Part shown: positions 33,301 to 48,738 of the stretch, piece after piece
How positions within the stretch are numbered: position 1 is the first letter of the stretch
How the letters are laid out: each line of letters starts with the position of its first letter
The notes under the pieces: model-generated
What the model saw: only the letters and a program-made list of their open reading frames with translations
Told to the model about the DNA's origin: nothing
Database searches by the model: none
NCBI GenBank assembly: GCA_002633005.1
Contig: NMRA01000007.1
Span: 1,378,362 to 1,442,361 of the forward strand
DNA from: Phoronis australis
Lineage: Eukaryota; Animalia; Phoronida
DNA: 64,000 bases
Direction: 5' to 3'
Made by a program: the position numbers and the translations under genes

Positions 33301-36234
33301 GCTATCATCATAAGAAATCTGTTAGCGATATTTGCTAATCATTGACTTCATGAGGCAATATAGTGTCACTGGTCATATGGTTGTGTATCATTGTCGGTGT
33401 ATCAAGTTTTCATTGTGATGTCCATTCCCCAGGTGTGCAGAAGTCTACCTCACCTGTCAAGTACGCTCTCTCTGGCTCAAGTCCAGCTGGTGATGGCCTA
33501 TTACGAGAAGTGTCGGACGTCGCAACTAATTCAGGAAGAATTCACAGCTGTCATCAGAAATGACATTGACAGGAGACTTGATGACTGGCTGAAAGGTAGG
33601 GGATGGGGGTAGCAATATGAAGGTGAAGGCTAGAGAGGTGCATAATGGTAATCTCCCACTCATGATTACGCTTTGTGAAGTTGTATGCCTGGGTTGGGTT
33701 TCATAAAACTAGTTTTGATGGTTGCATGATGTTAAATGCATTATTCAACATTGTCAATGTGGCACATGGTAATGTATCATTGCTACCATCCAGCTTATAA
33801 CTTTCATGTTACTGGCTCCTGAAGAGCAAACCTGTTTATACCAGAACGACAGCTAACTAGCTGTGTATTTTATAACTAGATTCTCCTGTGCATCATTCTC
33901 AGACTCCAGTTAAAACTGTGAGCTTCTTTGTGTCTGGTGGTCCTGTTGTCTTTGTAATCCTGATCGACTGCTGGATGAATACATCAACATTAATCTGCCA
34001 TATTGGTTTTGAGATTGACCTTGGGCCCGTTCCAAGAAACTGACTTAACTTTATTTTGGACTTAAGTCTAAGATTTGTCTTAACTTGAAAACTTTGAAAC
34101 TTTCACATCTGGTAAATTCATCAAAATTAAGACAAAACTTAGGTCAAACACTTAAATCAAGCTTAAGATCTCTTTCTTGAAATGATTTTGAGACAAATTG
34201 AACTTTTATTTTAAAATATAGTAAAATTTAGGAATTGTCTTAGCTATAAAGTTAGTTTTGTTGGAACGGGCCCCTTATCCTTTGTGTGGGCATGATGATG
34301 ATGGTGTCCTTGGTTAGTTCCACATTTGCACACAACTGTCACAACATTGTGAGCTAGTGACCATAATGTGATTTTGGTCCTATTTATAAATGTTGAGTCT
34401 TAAATCAGTGGAAAACTACTGGAGTGTACTTCTAAGGGCATCTTGCATTTTGGGTAATAGTCACTATAGTCACTCACCAGTTGTCCTACATTTTGAGAAC
34501 CAGATTTCTTCGCTCAATAACGGCATCATAATCTGAGATACCCGTGACTATTGCCACATTTTGACTTGAGTCCTAGTGATGCTTGCTTACATTTTTTTCT
34601 TTTGTCAGACTAGGGTTTCCAATTTCCTTCAAATATAGAGGTTGAAGAGGATGCAACCAAATTCACTGTAGATAAAAATCATGAACTTCACTCATTATAT
34701 ACAGCTTTAGTTTTGTGAAATTAGGATCCTCAAAATGACTTTGATACTTGAGTGTTGACTTATAAGGGTAGTGCTGTTCATGACTTTAAGTTTTCGTGAA
34801 AATAGGAGATTTGAGTTAAGCTAGAACTTAAATTGATCGTCAGGAGTGCTATACACATGGACAGGGCATTACTGTTAGAGACGGTGGTGTCGCATTTACT
34901 TCTGATATTGCACTCCTTTTTCAGAATCTGGCCACTTTGTTACGTCGTATCTCAAAGGTCAAGGTGTGAAGGATGAGAAGGGGTCACAGTTACTATCCTT
35001 CTTTTTGTGTTGGAATAACATTCCTCTGCCAAGTCAGGTGGCGCCACTGTCAACTACAGGTGAGAGCCAGGTTTGCTGAGTGAATAACGACCTTTATTTG
35101 GAAAAAATTCTAGCTTTTGAATTCGAAGTGTCCCGCAAGAGGTGGTTGCAGTGTTGTCTGCTCTGAACTCTTCTTTATGACTTCACATTTACGAATTGAG
35201 TGGCTGATTTTTGGCGGAGGTCTCACTTAGGGCATTTCATCAACAACGCTGCTTTGGTTTTTCAAATGCATTATGGGATGGTTGTCAGCTCGTAGACATC
35301 TGGTGGCATGATCACAAACAAGTCGGTGACTCGTGTAAACAATATGGCAGAAAACAACACTTGTTACCTGTGTGCACCAGAATTGAAAGCATGCGTCCAC
35401 TGCAATATATGACAAAGCAACCGTAAATAAATAAGGATTGAAAGTGCACCTCAAAATGCATAGATTAACAAATCTTTTGCTACAAGATTCTAGAGGCACG
35501 TGTCGTTGGATCACACTGAAGTCCAATCTCCCAATCTAAAACAAATCACGAAGCAGGTTGCCCATCCATAAGTTGTCTGTGATGTCACCAGATTTTTACG
35601 AGCTGACAACCTCCTCGCTATATTCATTTGAAAACTGACAGCAGCGCTGCAGAGGAAATCCCCGAATTTGCATGGTGGAAGTAAAAAAATGAAATAATTT
35701 CTGCCAACAGTTGATTGCACTGTTTTTAATTACAGCTTCTCAGGAGTGCATCCAATACTGCTAGTCACTTAGCTAGTGATATTGTGTGCTCTACTTGAAA
35801 TTCATATCTTGTTGAGAGTCGTACGTGGTCTTACCAAAGTCACAAGATTCTGGGCTTGTTGAAAGTTCCCATAGTTCGACAAAATCTGGATGTGGCTTCT
35901 TGGGTGAGGGACTTACAATAACAGTTAGCCCAAACACAGGCACAAGACTTCCTCACGGTGGTCATCAACTCTCACCCGTTAGTTTTTCATTGGACACTGT
36001 ACTGGCCTACTTTTCTGTTTTGGCCCAATTTCCTGCAGTTTTTGCCAGAATCCGGAGGGCAACGCCTCCCTCCTATGCCCAAAATGCATTTCGATGGTAA
36101 ATGTGCAAAAAAGTTGGTGTACTGTCACATTCTCTGTTTCAGGAGTTCCAAGCTTTCCTGAGCTCTACTCTCACTTAAGGACATTCAACCTGTCTGTTGG
36201 CAGTGTAATGAGACTTGTACATGCATGGCAGTGA
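220..36234 (+). CDS. ANAPC1: Anaphase-promoting complex subunit 1 (APC1), spliced gene, 5' end upstream of the window; 36 unique exons plus 4 probably allelic duplicate exons
   Basis: Exon peptides are colinear with recalled human APC1: FSMMHPLDEI, RTMALPVGRGMFTL, FHNGVAAGL, AGFLMALGLNGHL, RESYSLAAGLALG, VDVTSPGATLALG, YHLQALRHLYVLAAEPRLL, GPRYW. All introns are GT-AG and phases are consistent; TGA at 36232-36234. Confidence 0.97.
505..726 (-). mobile_element. tRNA-derived SINE
   Basis: Minus strand starts GGAGACAGTG, then A box TGGCTCAGTAG and B box GGTTCAAATCC; A-rich tail. Related copy at 62855-63028. Confidence 0.7.
1700..1897 (+). repeat. 42-bp tandem repeat containing a 3' splice site (5 units)
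   Basis: Unit approx. tgtactgtccatatttcag|gtgcctgtggttcttactc; exon-start-equivalent positions 1728, 1770, 1798, 1840, 1882. Confidence 0.9.
1882..2027 (+). CDS. ANAPC1: ANAPC1 exon
   Basis: cag|GACGSYKVDY...PSVVMSYDSVLGTHSLWRLRKAKTE|gtatac. Confidence 0.88.
2452..2669 (+). CDS. ANAPC1: ANAPC1 exon (S/T-P-rich loop)
   Basis: cag|EGYSVSG...SSPSITHMATL|gtgaag. Confidence 0.88.
3326..3523 (+). CDS. ANAPC1: ANAPC1 exon
   Basis: cag|RSPSIST...EPLTPEICLEYLWTEKTCGA|gtaagt. Confidence 0.9.
3475..3880 (+). repeat. 93-bp tandem repeat containing an exon end plus 5' splice site (about 4.5 units)
   Basis: Unit gagatctgtctggagtacctctg...gtgtggtgc(a/t)ag|gtaagt...; donors at 3524, 3617, 3705, 3798, 3874. 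Confidence 0.92.
4246..4344 (+). CDS. ANAPC1: ANAPC1 exon
   Basis: cag|EGVTGRATKAFLTTDITGQRFLCYL...QL|gtgagt. Confidence 0.9.
4538..4845. repeat. 21-bp minisatellite (tctatgtatgacgtatagtca) x about 14.7
   Basis: Near-perfect head-to-tail units; produces spurious MTYSHLC and YIDDYTS ORFs. Confidence 0.97.
5355..5511 (+). CDS. ANAPC1: ANAPC1 exon
   Basis: tag|CLKFTVSNDQSQLILG...LMLYTGTTV|gtaaga. Confidence 0.92.
6523..6681 (+). CDS. ANAPC1: ANAPC1 exon
   Basis: cag|VNKVHIAGLP...KFGDDE|gtcagt. Confidence 0.88.
7417..7557 (+). CDS. ANAPC1: ANAPC1 exon
   Basis: cag|MRLLSPVPSE...LRDEVKNKFTV|gtgagt. Confidence 0.9.
7928..7988 (+). CDS. ANAPC1: ANAPC1 exon (short)
   Basis: aag|EMTNGAMTRVELPELASTQV|gtaagt; compare human ELSNGSMVRITIPEIATSELV. 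Confidence 0.88.
8744..8931 (+). CDS. ANAPC1: ANAPC1 exon
   Basis: cag|VQVCLLSLRHLLPRD...WYTARNPPGG...LPLTRQ|gtaata. Confidence 0.9.
9288..10098. mobile_element. PIF/Harbinger-like MITE, 811 bp, present in only one duplicate copy
   Basis: TIRs GGGCTGTTCCAGCAAAATC / GATTTTACTGGAACAGCCC; 3-bp TSD TGA; empty site atgTGAtctt near 11551. Confidence 0.9.
10515..10778 (+). CDS. ANAPC1: ANAPC1 exon, copy A of duplicated segment
   Basis: tag|TELDSSLSPVVVTKKAKP...DWLYLLSS...LHLTYE|gtaaat. Confidence 0.85.
11084..11246 (+). CDS. ANAPC1: ANAPC1 exon, copy A of duplicated segment
   Basis: cag|ELKLDTL...QLSRDL...DYYCRDWP...SR|gt followed by N. Confidence 0.8.
11969..12232 (+). CDS. ANAPC1: ANAPC1 exon, copy B (probable second allele)
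   Basis: Near-identical to 10515-10778; VARAMCGSV versus VGRAMCGWV. Confidence 0.8.
12555..12717 (+). CDS. ANAPC1: ANAPC1 exon, copy B (probable second allele)
   Basis: Same peptide as 11084-11246; donor gtttgt. Confidence 0.85.
13227..13375 (+). CDS. ANAPC1: ANAPC1 exon
   Basis: cag|DMCSAMH...PPSIVLWLSTLLKGE...FPYIP...VVA|gtaagt. Confidence 0.9.
13541..13666. repeat. 58-bp tandem repeat x about 2.2
   Basis: tggtggagc.aaacctc.ctt.ataa.tgac.gagcattttaag repeated. Confidence 0.8.
13895..14263. mobile_element. TTAA-flanked (Kolobok/piggyBac-type) non-autonomous element, about 365 bp
   Basis: ttaaaaggctactaaaccct ... agggtttggtatccatctaa; colinear homolog at 48368-48738. Confidence 0.65.
14306..14489 (+). 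CDS. ANAPC1: ANAPC1 exon
   Basis: tag|LYTLLTTD...KYLKRI...ESLVICMNELG|gtaagt. Confidence 0.85.
14750..14965. repeat. Degenerate (AAT/TTA)n microsatellite abutting an acceptor
   Basis: Runs of aataataat and ttattatta. Confidence 0.9.
14983..15105 (+). CDS. ANAPC1: ANAPC1 exon
   Basis: aag|MTIQDVDSLPFGVSLPLREAIFNCR...DWP...LLIG|gtgagt. Confidence 0.92.
15607..15734 (+). CDS. ANAPC1: ANAPC1 exon
   Basis: aag|REDLSKQA...DEADGMDHLDKE|gtgtgt. Confidence 0.9.
16284..16521. mobile_element. hAT-like MITE with 6-bp TSD
   Basis: TIRs CAGGGCTTGAAAT / ATTCCAAGTCCTG; flanks tattta on both sides; same family as 57997-58502 in the opposite orientation. Confidence 0.8.
17108..17214 (+). CDS. ANAPC1: ANAPC1 exon
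   Basis: cag|VLRLRFSDDLRIQEVRRLLQSSKPVRI...PEV|gtgtgt. Confidence 0.93.
18057..18224 (+). CDS. ANAPC1: ANAPC1 exon
   Basis: tag|DHDFIEE...RTMALPVGRGMFTL...TGRAPP|gtaggt. Confidence 0.95.
19310..19418 (+). CDS. ANAPC1: ANAPC1 exon
   Basis: cag|NTTIDL...WPSFHNGVAAGLRIANSSQ|gtcaga. Confidence 0.94.
19853..20043 (+). CDS. ANAPC1: ANAPC1 exon (PC repeats)
   Basis: cag|VNSTWITYNKP...AGFLMALGLNGHL...LLLGISAA|gtgagt. Confidence 0.95.
20523..20799 (+). CDS. ANAPC1: ANAPC1 exon (PC repeats)
   Basis: tag|RGTMDLS...RESYSLAAGLALGLVMLG|gtgagt. Confidence 0.95.
21951..22116. repeat. Near-perfect palindrome, about 80-bp arms, 1-nt spacer
   Basis: ...acttcctttaacaacaaaaac-t-gtttttgttgttaaaggaagt...; centre at 22032. 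Confidence 0.95.
23219..23305 (+). CDS. ANAPC1: ANAPC1 exon, copy A of second duplicated segment
   Basis: cag|KGTTAIGLADLNMADILHHFMAGGHKRQV|gtaaga. Confidence 0.82.
23581..23711 (+). CDS. ANAPC1: ANAPC1 exon, copy A of second duplicated segment
   Basis: cag|PGVNKERFRSPS...VDVTSPGATLALGMMF..NN|gtgtga. Confidence 0.82.
23801..23860 (-). mobile_element. End of a second copy of the 9288-10098 Harbinger-like MITE, cut by the gap
   Basis: Reverse complement of 9288-9346, followed by TTA; empty site ctTTActgc near 21408. Confidence 0.85.
25445..25531 (+). CDS. ANAPC1: ANAPC1 exon, copy B (probable second allele)
   Basis: Same peptide as 23219-23305 with synonymous differences. Confidence 0.82.
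25790..25920 (+). CDS. ANAPC1: ANAPC1 exon, copy B (probable second allele)
   Basis: Same peptide as 23581-23711. Confidence 0.82.
27204..27434 (+). CDS. ANAPC1: ANAPC1 exon
   Basis: tag|AVASWLEPPDTQFLLDFVRPDYLLL...DFETM|gtgtgt. Confidence 0.94.
27459..27510. repeat. (TAT/CAT)n microsatellite
   Basis: tattattat...catcatcat. Confidence 0.9.
28000..28090 (+). CDS. ANAPC1: ANAPC1 exon
   Basis: cag|QAKCNLVAGGCMTVGLKFAGTSNKTAYNTL|gtaggt. Confidence 0.93.
28540..28653 (+). CDS. ANAPC1: ANAPC1 exon
   Basis: cag|LTYAREFM...LEGSLVVIVLSLSL|gtaaga. Confidence 0.9.
28982..29127 (+). CDS. ANAPC1: ANAPC1 exon
   Basis: cag|VMAGSGDLDVLRICR...YGSHMA...LLFVGGG|gtaaac. Confidence 0.94.
29399..29485 (+). 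CDS. ANAPC1: ANAPC1 exon
   Basis: cag|YSFSTKPEAVAAMICAFFPKFPSDSNDN|gtatct. Confidence 0.93.
30576..30693 (+). CDS. ANAPC1: ANAPC1 exon
   Basis: cag|YHLQALRHLYVLAAEPRLLLP...ITFK|gtgagt. Confidence 0.95.
31328..31405 (+). CDS. ANAPC1: ANAPC1 exon
   Basis: cag|DTEFFSNKSFKCFAPCLLPELDSLLE|gtaact. Confidence 0.9.
32034..32177 (+). CDS. ANAPC1: ANAPC1 exon
   Basis: cag|VCVEGPRYW...VKQRAGHLSYNDDPK|gtgagt. Confidence 0.94.
32525..32668 (+). CDS. ANAPC1: ANAPC1 exon
   Basis: cag|GYRGLLAKT...LLFAKHFCQSRNNK|gtaaat. Confidence 0.9.
32979..33074 (+). CDS. ANAPC1: ANAPC1 exon
   Basis: cag|DISGS...ILHECLTQEKLEVLPTYIALNQ|gtagtg. Confidence 0.9.
33433..33595 (+). CDS. ANAPC1: ANAPC1 exon
   Basis: cag|VCRSLP...QVQLVMAYY...IDRRLDDWLK|gtaggg. 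Confidence 0.88.
34023..34273. mobile_element. Harbinger-like MITE, 251 bp
   Basis: TIRs GGGCCCGTTCCAA / TTGGAACGGGCCC; 3-bp flanks CTT on both sides. Confidence 0.8.
34925..35059 (+). CDS. ANAPC1: ANAPC1 exon
   Basis: cag|ESGHFVTSYLKGQ...LLSFFLCWNNIPLP...TT|gtgaga. Confidence 0.87.
36143..36234 (+). CDS. ANAPC1: ANAPC1 terminal coding exon
   Basis: cag|GVPSFPELYSHLRTFNLSVGSVMRLVHAWQ*; compare human STSFAELLFKFKQLKMPVRALLRL. Confidence 0.85.
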
Positions 36235-36927
36235 GTGGCATGCAAGGTCTGGGTCAGTGAGTTGGAATCAAGTCGAGGATATTAGACGCAGAAGCAGTTA
36301 CATTTTTTCTGTGCTTAATTACCACAATTTTTCAATTTGTTAACAAAACTGAAGTGCTTGTTAATACTATGTGCATTGTTTGCATTGTACCTACTTGTCA
36401 TTATTATTGTTCATTATTTGTGAAACTGTGGGAATTCTTTGTGTACTTCACACCAGTATACTGGTAACTGCCAAAATCATGACGGTGCATATTTTTGAAA
36501 GCTTATCGACTTGCTACCAATAATCTTTATTTTACCAGGGGCTGTTTTGTGACAGCAGAACAGTGCAAACTGAGTAACCCTCTGTTCTTGTATTTTGTGC
36601 TGAATAAGTTGATTTACCTTAATTGTAATGTTGGAAATCGGAGTAGTGTTCTCAGCTACAGTGTCAAAGTTTGACATACAATGCTTTTTACGAATAGTCT
36701 AGCACTGTTCTTAAAACAACAGAACTGTAACTATCCATGTTCTGTTAAACCCAGGTACATTGAAAAAGTAAAGCTAAAAGATTGCGTGTCTCACTGTTAA
36801 CATGGCAGTTCTAGTTTAGAGAGGAGAAATCGGTGAGACATGGAAACGTCGGTTTGATGGCCTGTGATTAATCATGCAGAGTTGTCAGCCTTCAAATTCT
36901 TTTTGTGTCACAGATATTTGTGGTACA

Positions 36928-36933
36928 AATAAA
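36928..36933 (+). terminator. Candidate ANAPC1 polyadenylation signal AATAAA
   Basis: AATAAA about 700 nt after the stop, followed by a T/GT-rich tract (ttgtttttgttttt). Confidence 0.6.
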
Positions 36934-38570
36934 GTGTAAAATTGGCCCTCTTGTTTTTGTTTTTGAGAAAGTTAATTCAAGATTATATACAAGGGTTTAA
37001 AATAGGAGTGTGTTACAACAAATCCCAACTATTTAGCAGACGCTGCATGGGTAGAAATCACTTGGAACAAAAATTTGTCGAAATTTTCCAAGTCAACGTT
37101 ACGTGTTATAGTTGCAAGACCACAACTATCCAAAATACAGAACTAAACAACTACAGAACCCGGTGCTAAGGCGCACAAAACTTAGGTAATGAAAATGTTG
37201 GCGTATGCAAAATATGAACGTTCCATGCAAGCCTCTTTCCCATGCCAAGCAGGACCTCTGCCAAAAGGTTAATGCCACAATTTGAGGGGAGCAATATCTA
37301 AAGTGAACAACAAATTTTCATCACACCTGCCGGCCTAGTTTTTACTGCTTGGAGCCATAATGGGAATCTAGTCATTGGTTTCATAAGGAAATGCAGAAAT
37401 ATGCTGCGGAGTTTTCTTGAAACAATCCTTTTTTAGCAAGATGTCTTCAATTTGGGACAGAAAGAACTGACAGTTTGTTCAAACGAGATATCACCAACCT
37501 CGCAGGGAACTAACCTTTTAGTGTCTTTTAAAAAACTCTTTTCCAGTTATTCCAATAATGTTCATCTCTAGTCATCACAGACTGATTTTGTGTTGAAGCT
37601 GACAGTGCTGAATTTTCTTGTTATTGTACATGTTACTATATACCAAGGCACATTTCTTTCTTCAATCAATGAACTATCATCTGACAAATGAAACGCAACT
37701 ATAAAAAATTCAATGTATTAACAGTGAACAGCTATGGACAATCGTATGAAACAGAGAAGTTATTTGACATATGGCGACAATAGAAATAACTGCTACTACC
37801 AAACTTGTTTATACCCTGAACAACTGACGCTTTACTAAATCTTCAAAATCTGACACTGATCAGTTCAGTTGGCAATCTTGTGACCATAAACTATTGCAAC
37901 TACTCAGACTTCACATTTATAGACTTGGTCATTTTGAGTGATGATAAAGAAATTCAATCCACACCCAGCACAATATTACAAAGGATGGTAGTGCATATAA
38001 TCATTTTCTTTGATAAAACCAATTGGCCACACTGCTTGACTAACAATTGTCCATTCGAATTAGTTGACATTACAGTGATTGGAGTTCAATTATATTTTAC
38101 AAAATTCAGGCATCTTTTGCCACTAGATATAAAAATAAAACAAAAAACTTAAAAGGAGCCTTCGAAATCTTGACATGTGAAATGCTGTAAACCCCATCTA
38201 GTGCTATTCTAGATAATGAACTAAGTATAATCCAATTTGTAGACTCTCAAATAGAACTAAACCTTAAAACTAAACAAGCCAGTGTAGCATGCACTCCAGT
38301 CAGCTCCAAGATGCTTAAGGTTACTATGAATATATACACAGCATCTTAAAATGGACCGAGCACTTGATAGTTCCAACTCTTGACAGCTGCACTGGTACTG
38401 CTCTAGAGTGGAACAACTGGATGACACAGCCTTTCGCATTGTTATTTGGGTCAGATGATGAACAGTTCTCAGTGGAGTTACATGTATATGACAGAATATC
38501 TACATAATGACGCTCCACGGTGGAAATGTCTAGACAAAATATACAGACTCTTGGAGACGCCATGGGACTG

Positions 38571-45504
<6,934 letters not shown>

Positions 45505-45569
45505 TGCAAAGAATACCTTGTTGAAACTCAAATATACTCCTGGCTGACTATTTCAAGACAAATGAACTC

Positions 45570-45700
45570 GCTGCTACAACGCGCGCGAGGTTTAATCAAT
45601 TACGCCGACTGGGGTATTTCCAATTGGTCAATTACACGTACCCCAGATATATGAATATTCATTAGCCACGCGGTTGAGCTGACCAATCGCGTGAAAAGTT
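45570..45700 (-). promoter_or_regulatory. Probable ANP32 proximal promoter
   Basis: Just upstream of the ATG: CpG-rich cgcgcgcg, CCAAT boxes (ccaattgg near 45620, gaccaatc near 45681) and a 12-bp palindrome ATGAATATTCAT near 45651. Confidence 0.5.
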
Positions 45701-46199
45701 GAGCTTAAAAACCAACAAAAGAACATCAAGTGCGAGAAGTTCGTCTGCTAGATTTGCCTCATAAGTATATGACATACGAACAGTACGTCTATGTGACAAA
45801 CATCGTGGACCTTAAAATTATGTGCGTACATATTGTAATAAAAAAGAATGACAACTGAAAATGAAATACTGGGAAGCAAACTTTGGAAATTATTTATTTT
45901 AAATAGTTGTGAAACTAATTTATAAGAAGTTAGAAAATAAGGTAATTAATTTTATGTATAACACCAGGAATATATGAGATAACAGCATTGTACTGGTAAA
46001 GCAAAGGAAAGCAAAAGTCAAAGAAAATATAACACTAATGCTGGACATTTTAATTGTTTCATTTTTATTCATGTACTTAATATGTTTCATTACTATTGTA
46101 ATTAGTACTGTTTGTTTTTATTTTTGTTATTTTAGCTTTTATTCTTGTAATTTTACTGTTTTGCTATAATTGTCATTATTTCTGTGGTAAGTATTCAGA

Positions 46200-46325
46200 T
46201 AATAGTATTATTATTATTATTTTTAATTTAATGTTATTTATCATTATTATTATTGTTGTTGTTATTATTTCTATTGTCATTATTATTATTATTGTTATTT
46301 TTGTTGTTGCTTTCGTTGTTATTGT
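46200..46325. repeat. Degenerate (TTA/TTG)n microsatellite
   Basis: ttattattat...tgttgttgtt. Confidence 0.85.
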
Positions 46326-47632
46326 TGGAAAGTGGTAATTATTTTTACATTTCATTATACAATAAACCCCATCTTCTGTCAAAAAACAACTTTTGATTTA
46401 GACCACTTATTGTTCCACTGGTCTTGTTAAGTTGTTCCTCTGTCTGAACAGAAATGATTTGTGGGCTTGAGTAGAGACAGGTCCGTTATTTGTTTCAGAT
46501 CAGGCTCATTAAGTATTCGCGTACCGAGCCTAAAAATTAGGGGTGCATGGATTTTTGAGTATGTGGACCTTTTACTAAAAATAAGCCTTACTTCACAGCT
46601 ATGAATTGTGCATTCGCCGAATATTGGTAGTTCCTGTCTCTTTAATGGAGTTTTGTCTCGTTTTCTACTTCTTGGACTTTTTGTTTCTCTGATGCTTACC
46701 TTTTTGCAAACATCACCAAATGGGGGTTCATTTGAGGCCCCCCTGAGCTACCCGTGGGTGCGCGCATGTTAAGGTGCTTGTCACGGCTGGTTAGTTTCAG
46801 TTTCCTAGGCAGTATGGCCGCAGCCCACTTAAATTCTTTAGAAGAGCAAACGTGCCTAGGAAAGTAAACATGTTTTAGCGCTAGCACATGGTTTATAGTG
46901 GCGCACTTATTGTAAAAAAAGAGGCCGAAAGTAGCCAAGATTACATGTAAAACAGATAATACAGTACCATATACAGATTTAGATGCATGTGCCTTGCTCT
47001 GTATCCGAAATATTTGTTTAGGGAAAATTCTGCTCAAGTGTTTAGCACATAGGCTCACGTACTTATGCGTCACATATATAGAGAGAGTTGGTTATTCATT
47101 ACATTTACATTTCTTAACGGGTGTTATTCGTGTTGATTGTCCGTTCTTGGTGCTTCTCGTTTTTAAGTTCGGTGTTGAAGGGACATTACGGCTGAAGCAT
47201 TTTTGAGATTATGACAGACTTCTTAGGTAGCTTTGACTAGAGCTATAAAACAACAAAATCCGTTGTGTGTTTTGTGAATTTGACACAAATTGCCAATTCT
47301 CGCTTTTGTGTGTCACGACTTTCTTTGAAATGAAGGCCTGTTACTTAATCAGTTAAATACTTAGTCAATTTTAGAATGGGATTTAGCGATAGCGGGGATT
47401 GCTGGTTCAATTCCTCGTTGAGGCTGGTCTTGGGAAGTACTTTTCTTGTCAATAATGTTGCGTCACCAGCAACCGCTTGAACAGATAAGTTTTATCGCAC
47501 AATATTTTATTTAAGAATTGCTGCTCGGTTTTACTCGAATGTTTCGCATATGCGATATGAGCCCCACCTTCACACATGAGCGTCTAGCCTAATACACCTA
47601 TACGCGACGCCTACGGGCAAAGCAGTACTCTG

Positions 47633-47766
47633 CAGGGGCGGATCCAAGATTTTTAATTGGGGGGTCCAGGGCAGAGTATTAGCTAGGATTTTGCCCGTCG
47701 GATATTCGCACCCCCGAACTGCCAAATGGAATCTGGGGAAATTGGCCCTCTCTAAATCCGCCACTG
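47633..47766. mobile_element. Short hAT-like MITE
   Basis: TIRs CAGGGGCGGAT / ATCCGCCACTG; no clean TSD. Confidence 0.55.
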
Positions 47767-48237
47767 CACTGGGAGCCACAACCGATAAAACAGCTCTCAA
47801 GAACAAAATCATAAAAATGGTCGAGACCCAACCGGGTTATAAGTTTCGATGTCGATGCAGAGTAAGCAGGGGATGCCTGTAAATACATAATTTGAAGTTG
47901 TAGAACTTTCAGCATTCTTGAAGTTATGGTAGTTGATAATTAAGTGCCCGCTAAGTGAAGTNATTTTGCCCGTCGGATATTCGCACCCCCGAACTGCCAA
48001 ATGGAATCTGGGGGAAATTGGCCCTCTCTAAATCCGCCACTGCACTGGGAGCCACAACCGATAAAACAGCTCTCAAGAACAAAATCATAAAAATGGTCGA
48101 GACCCAACCGGGTTATAAGTTTCGATATCGATGCAGAGTAAGCAGGGGATGCCTGTAAATACAGAATTTGAAGTTGTAGAACTTTCAGCATTCTTGAAGT
48201 TATGGTAGTTGATAATTAAGTGCCCGCTAAGTGAAGT
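47688..48237. repeat. Direct duplication 47688-47961 / 47963-48237 joined by one N
   Basis: About 275-bp near-identical copies. Confidence 0.93.
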
Positions 48238-48367
48238 CAAACGTCTTAGTCTTATTATATACTTCCAAGATTGATAATAAAGATCACAAAACTATTAGTT
48301 TAATTGTTGGCGTTACATCACACAATGCCGGCAGATAATGAAGGGCATCATTTTGTCCGTTTATGAC

Positions 48368-48738
48368 TTAAAAGGATACTAAACCCTGTTTTGTGGATTT
48401 CAATCAATCCCCGTTCTACCAGCTGAGTTTGCACCATTTGTGTACCACTTGAGTGATAAAAGAAGGTTTTAAATAAAAACTCAATCTTTTCGTTGTCTTA
48501 GATGGTATAGTATTATGGTTCCTGGTGGGTGGTCTTTCCCTACAGTTGTCCTGTAACTTGCCTAAGGCGCAGGTCACTCTCGCCGTTTAGCAAACTTTGC
48601 AAAGAATTTTCAAAATGTGCTCAAAACATGAGTGTTGTTGACAGTTAGAGCATTATTTTGTTTCAGAGAACTATATGGGAACGAACTTCGTTTTCAATTT
48701 ATGTTAACAAGCCAAAACTGGGTTTGGTTTCATTTTAA
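48368..48738. mobile_element. TTAA-flanked non-autonomous element, homolog of 13895-14263
   Basis: ttaaaaggatactaaaccct ... ctgggtttggtttcattttaa. Confidence 0.65.

Noticed and set aside
47350-47460. tRNA gene candidate (GGTTCAATTCC B box); similar relics near 32805-32890 and 42255-42355
   Set aside because: No full cloverleaf or acceptor stem can be built; more likely decayed SINE heads.
47570-48237. Duplicated ORFs and a 275-bp direct repeat (LTR-like)
   Set aside because: Copies abut an N at 47962 with no internal region or TG...CA ends; contig-overlap artefact.
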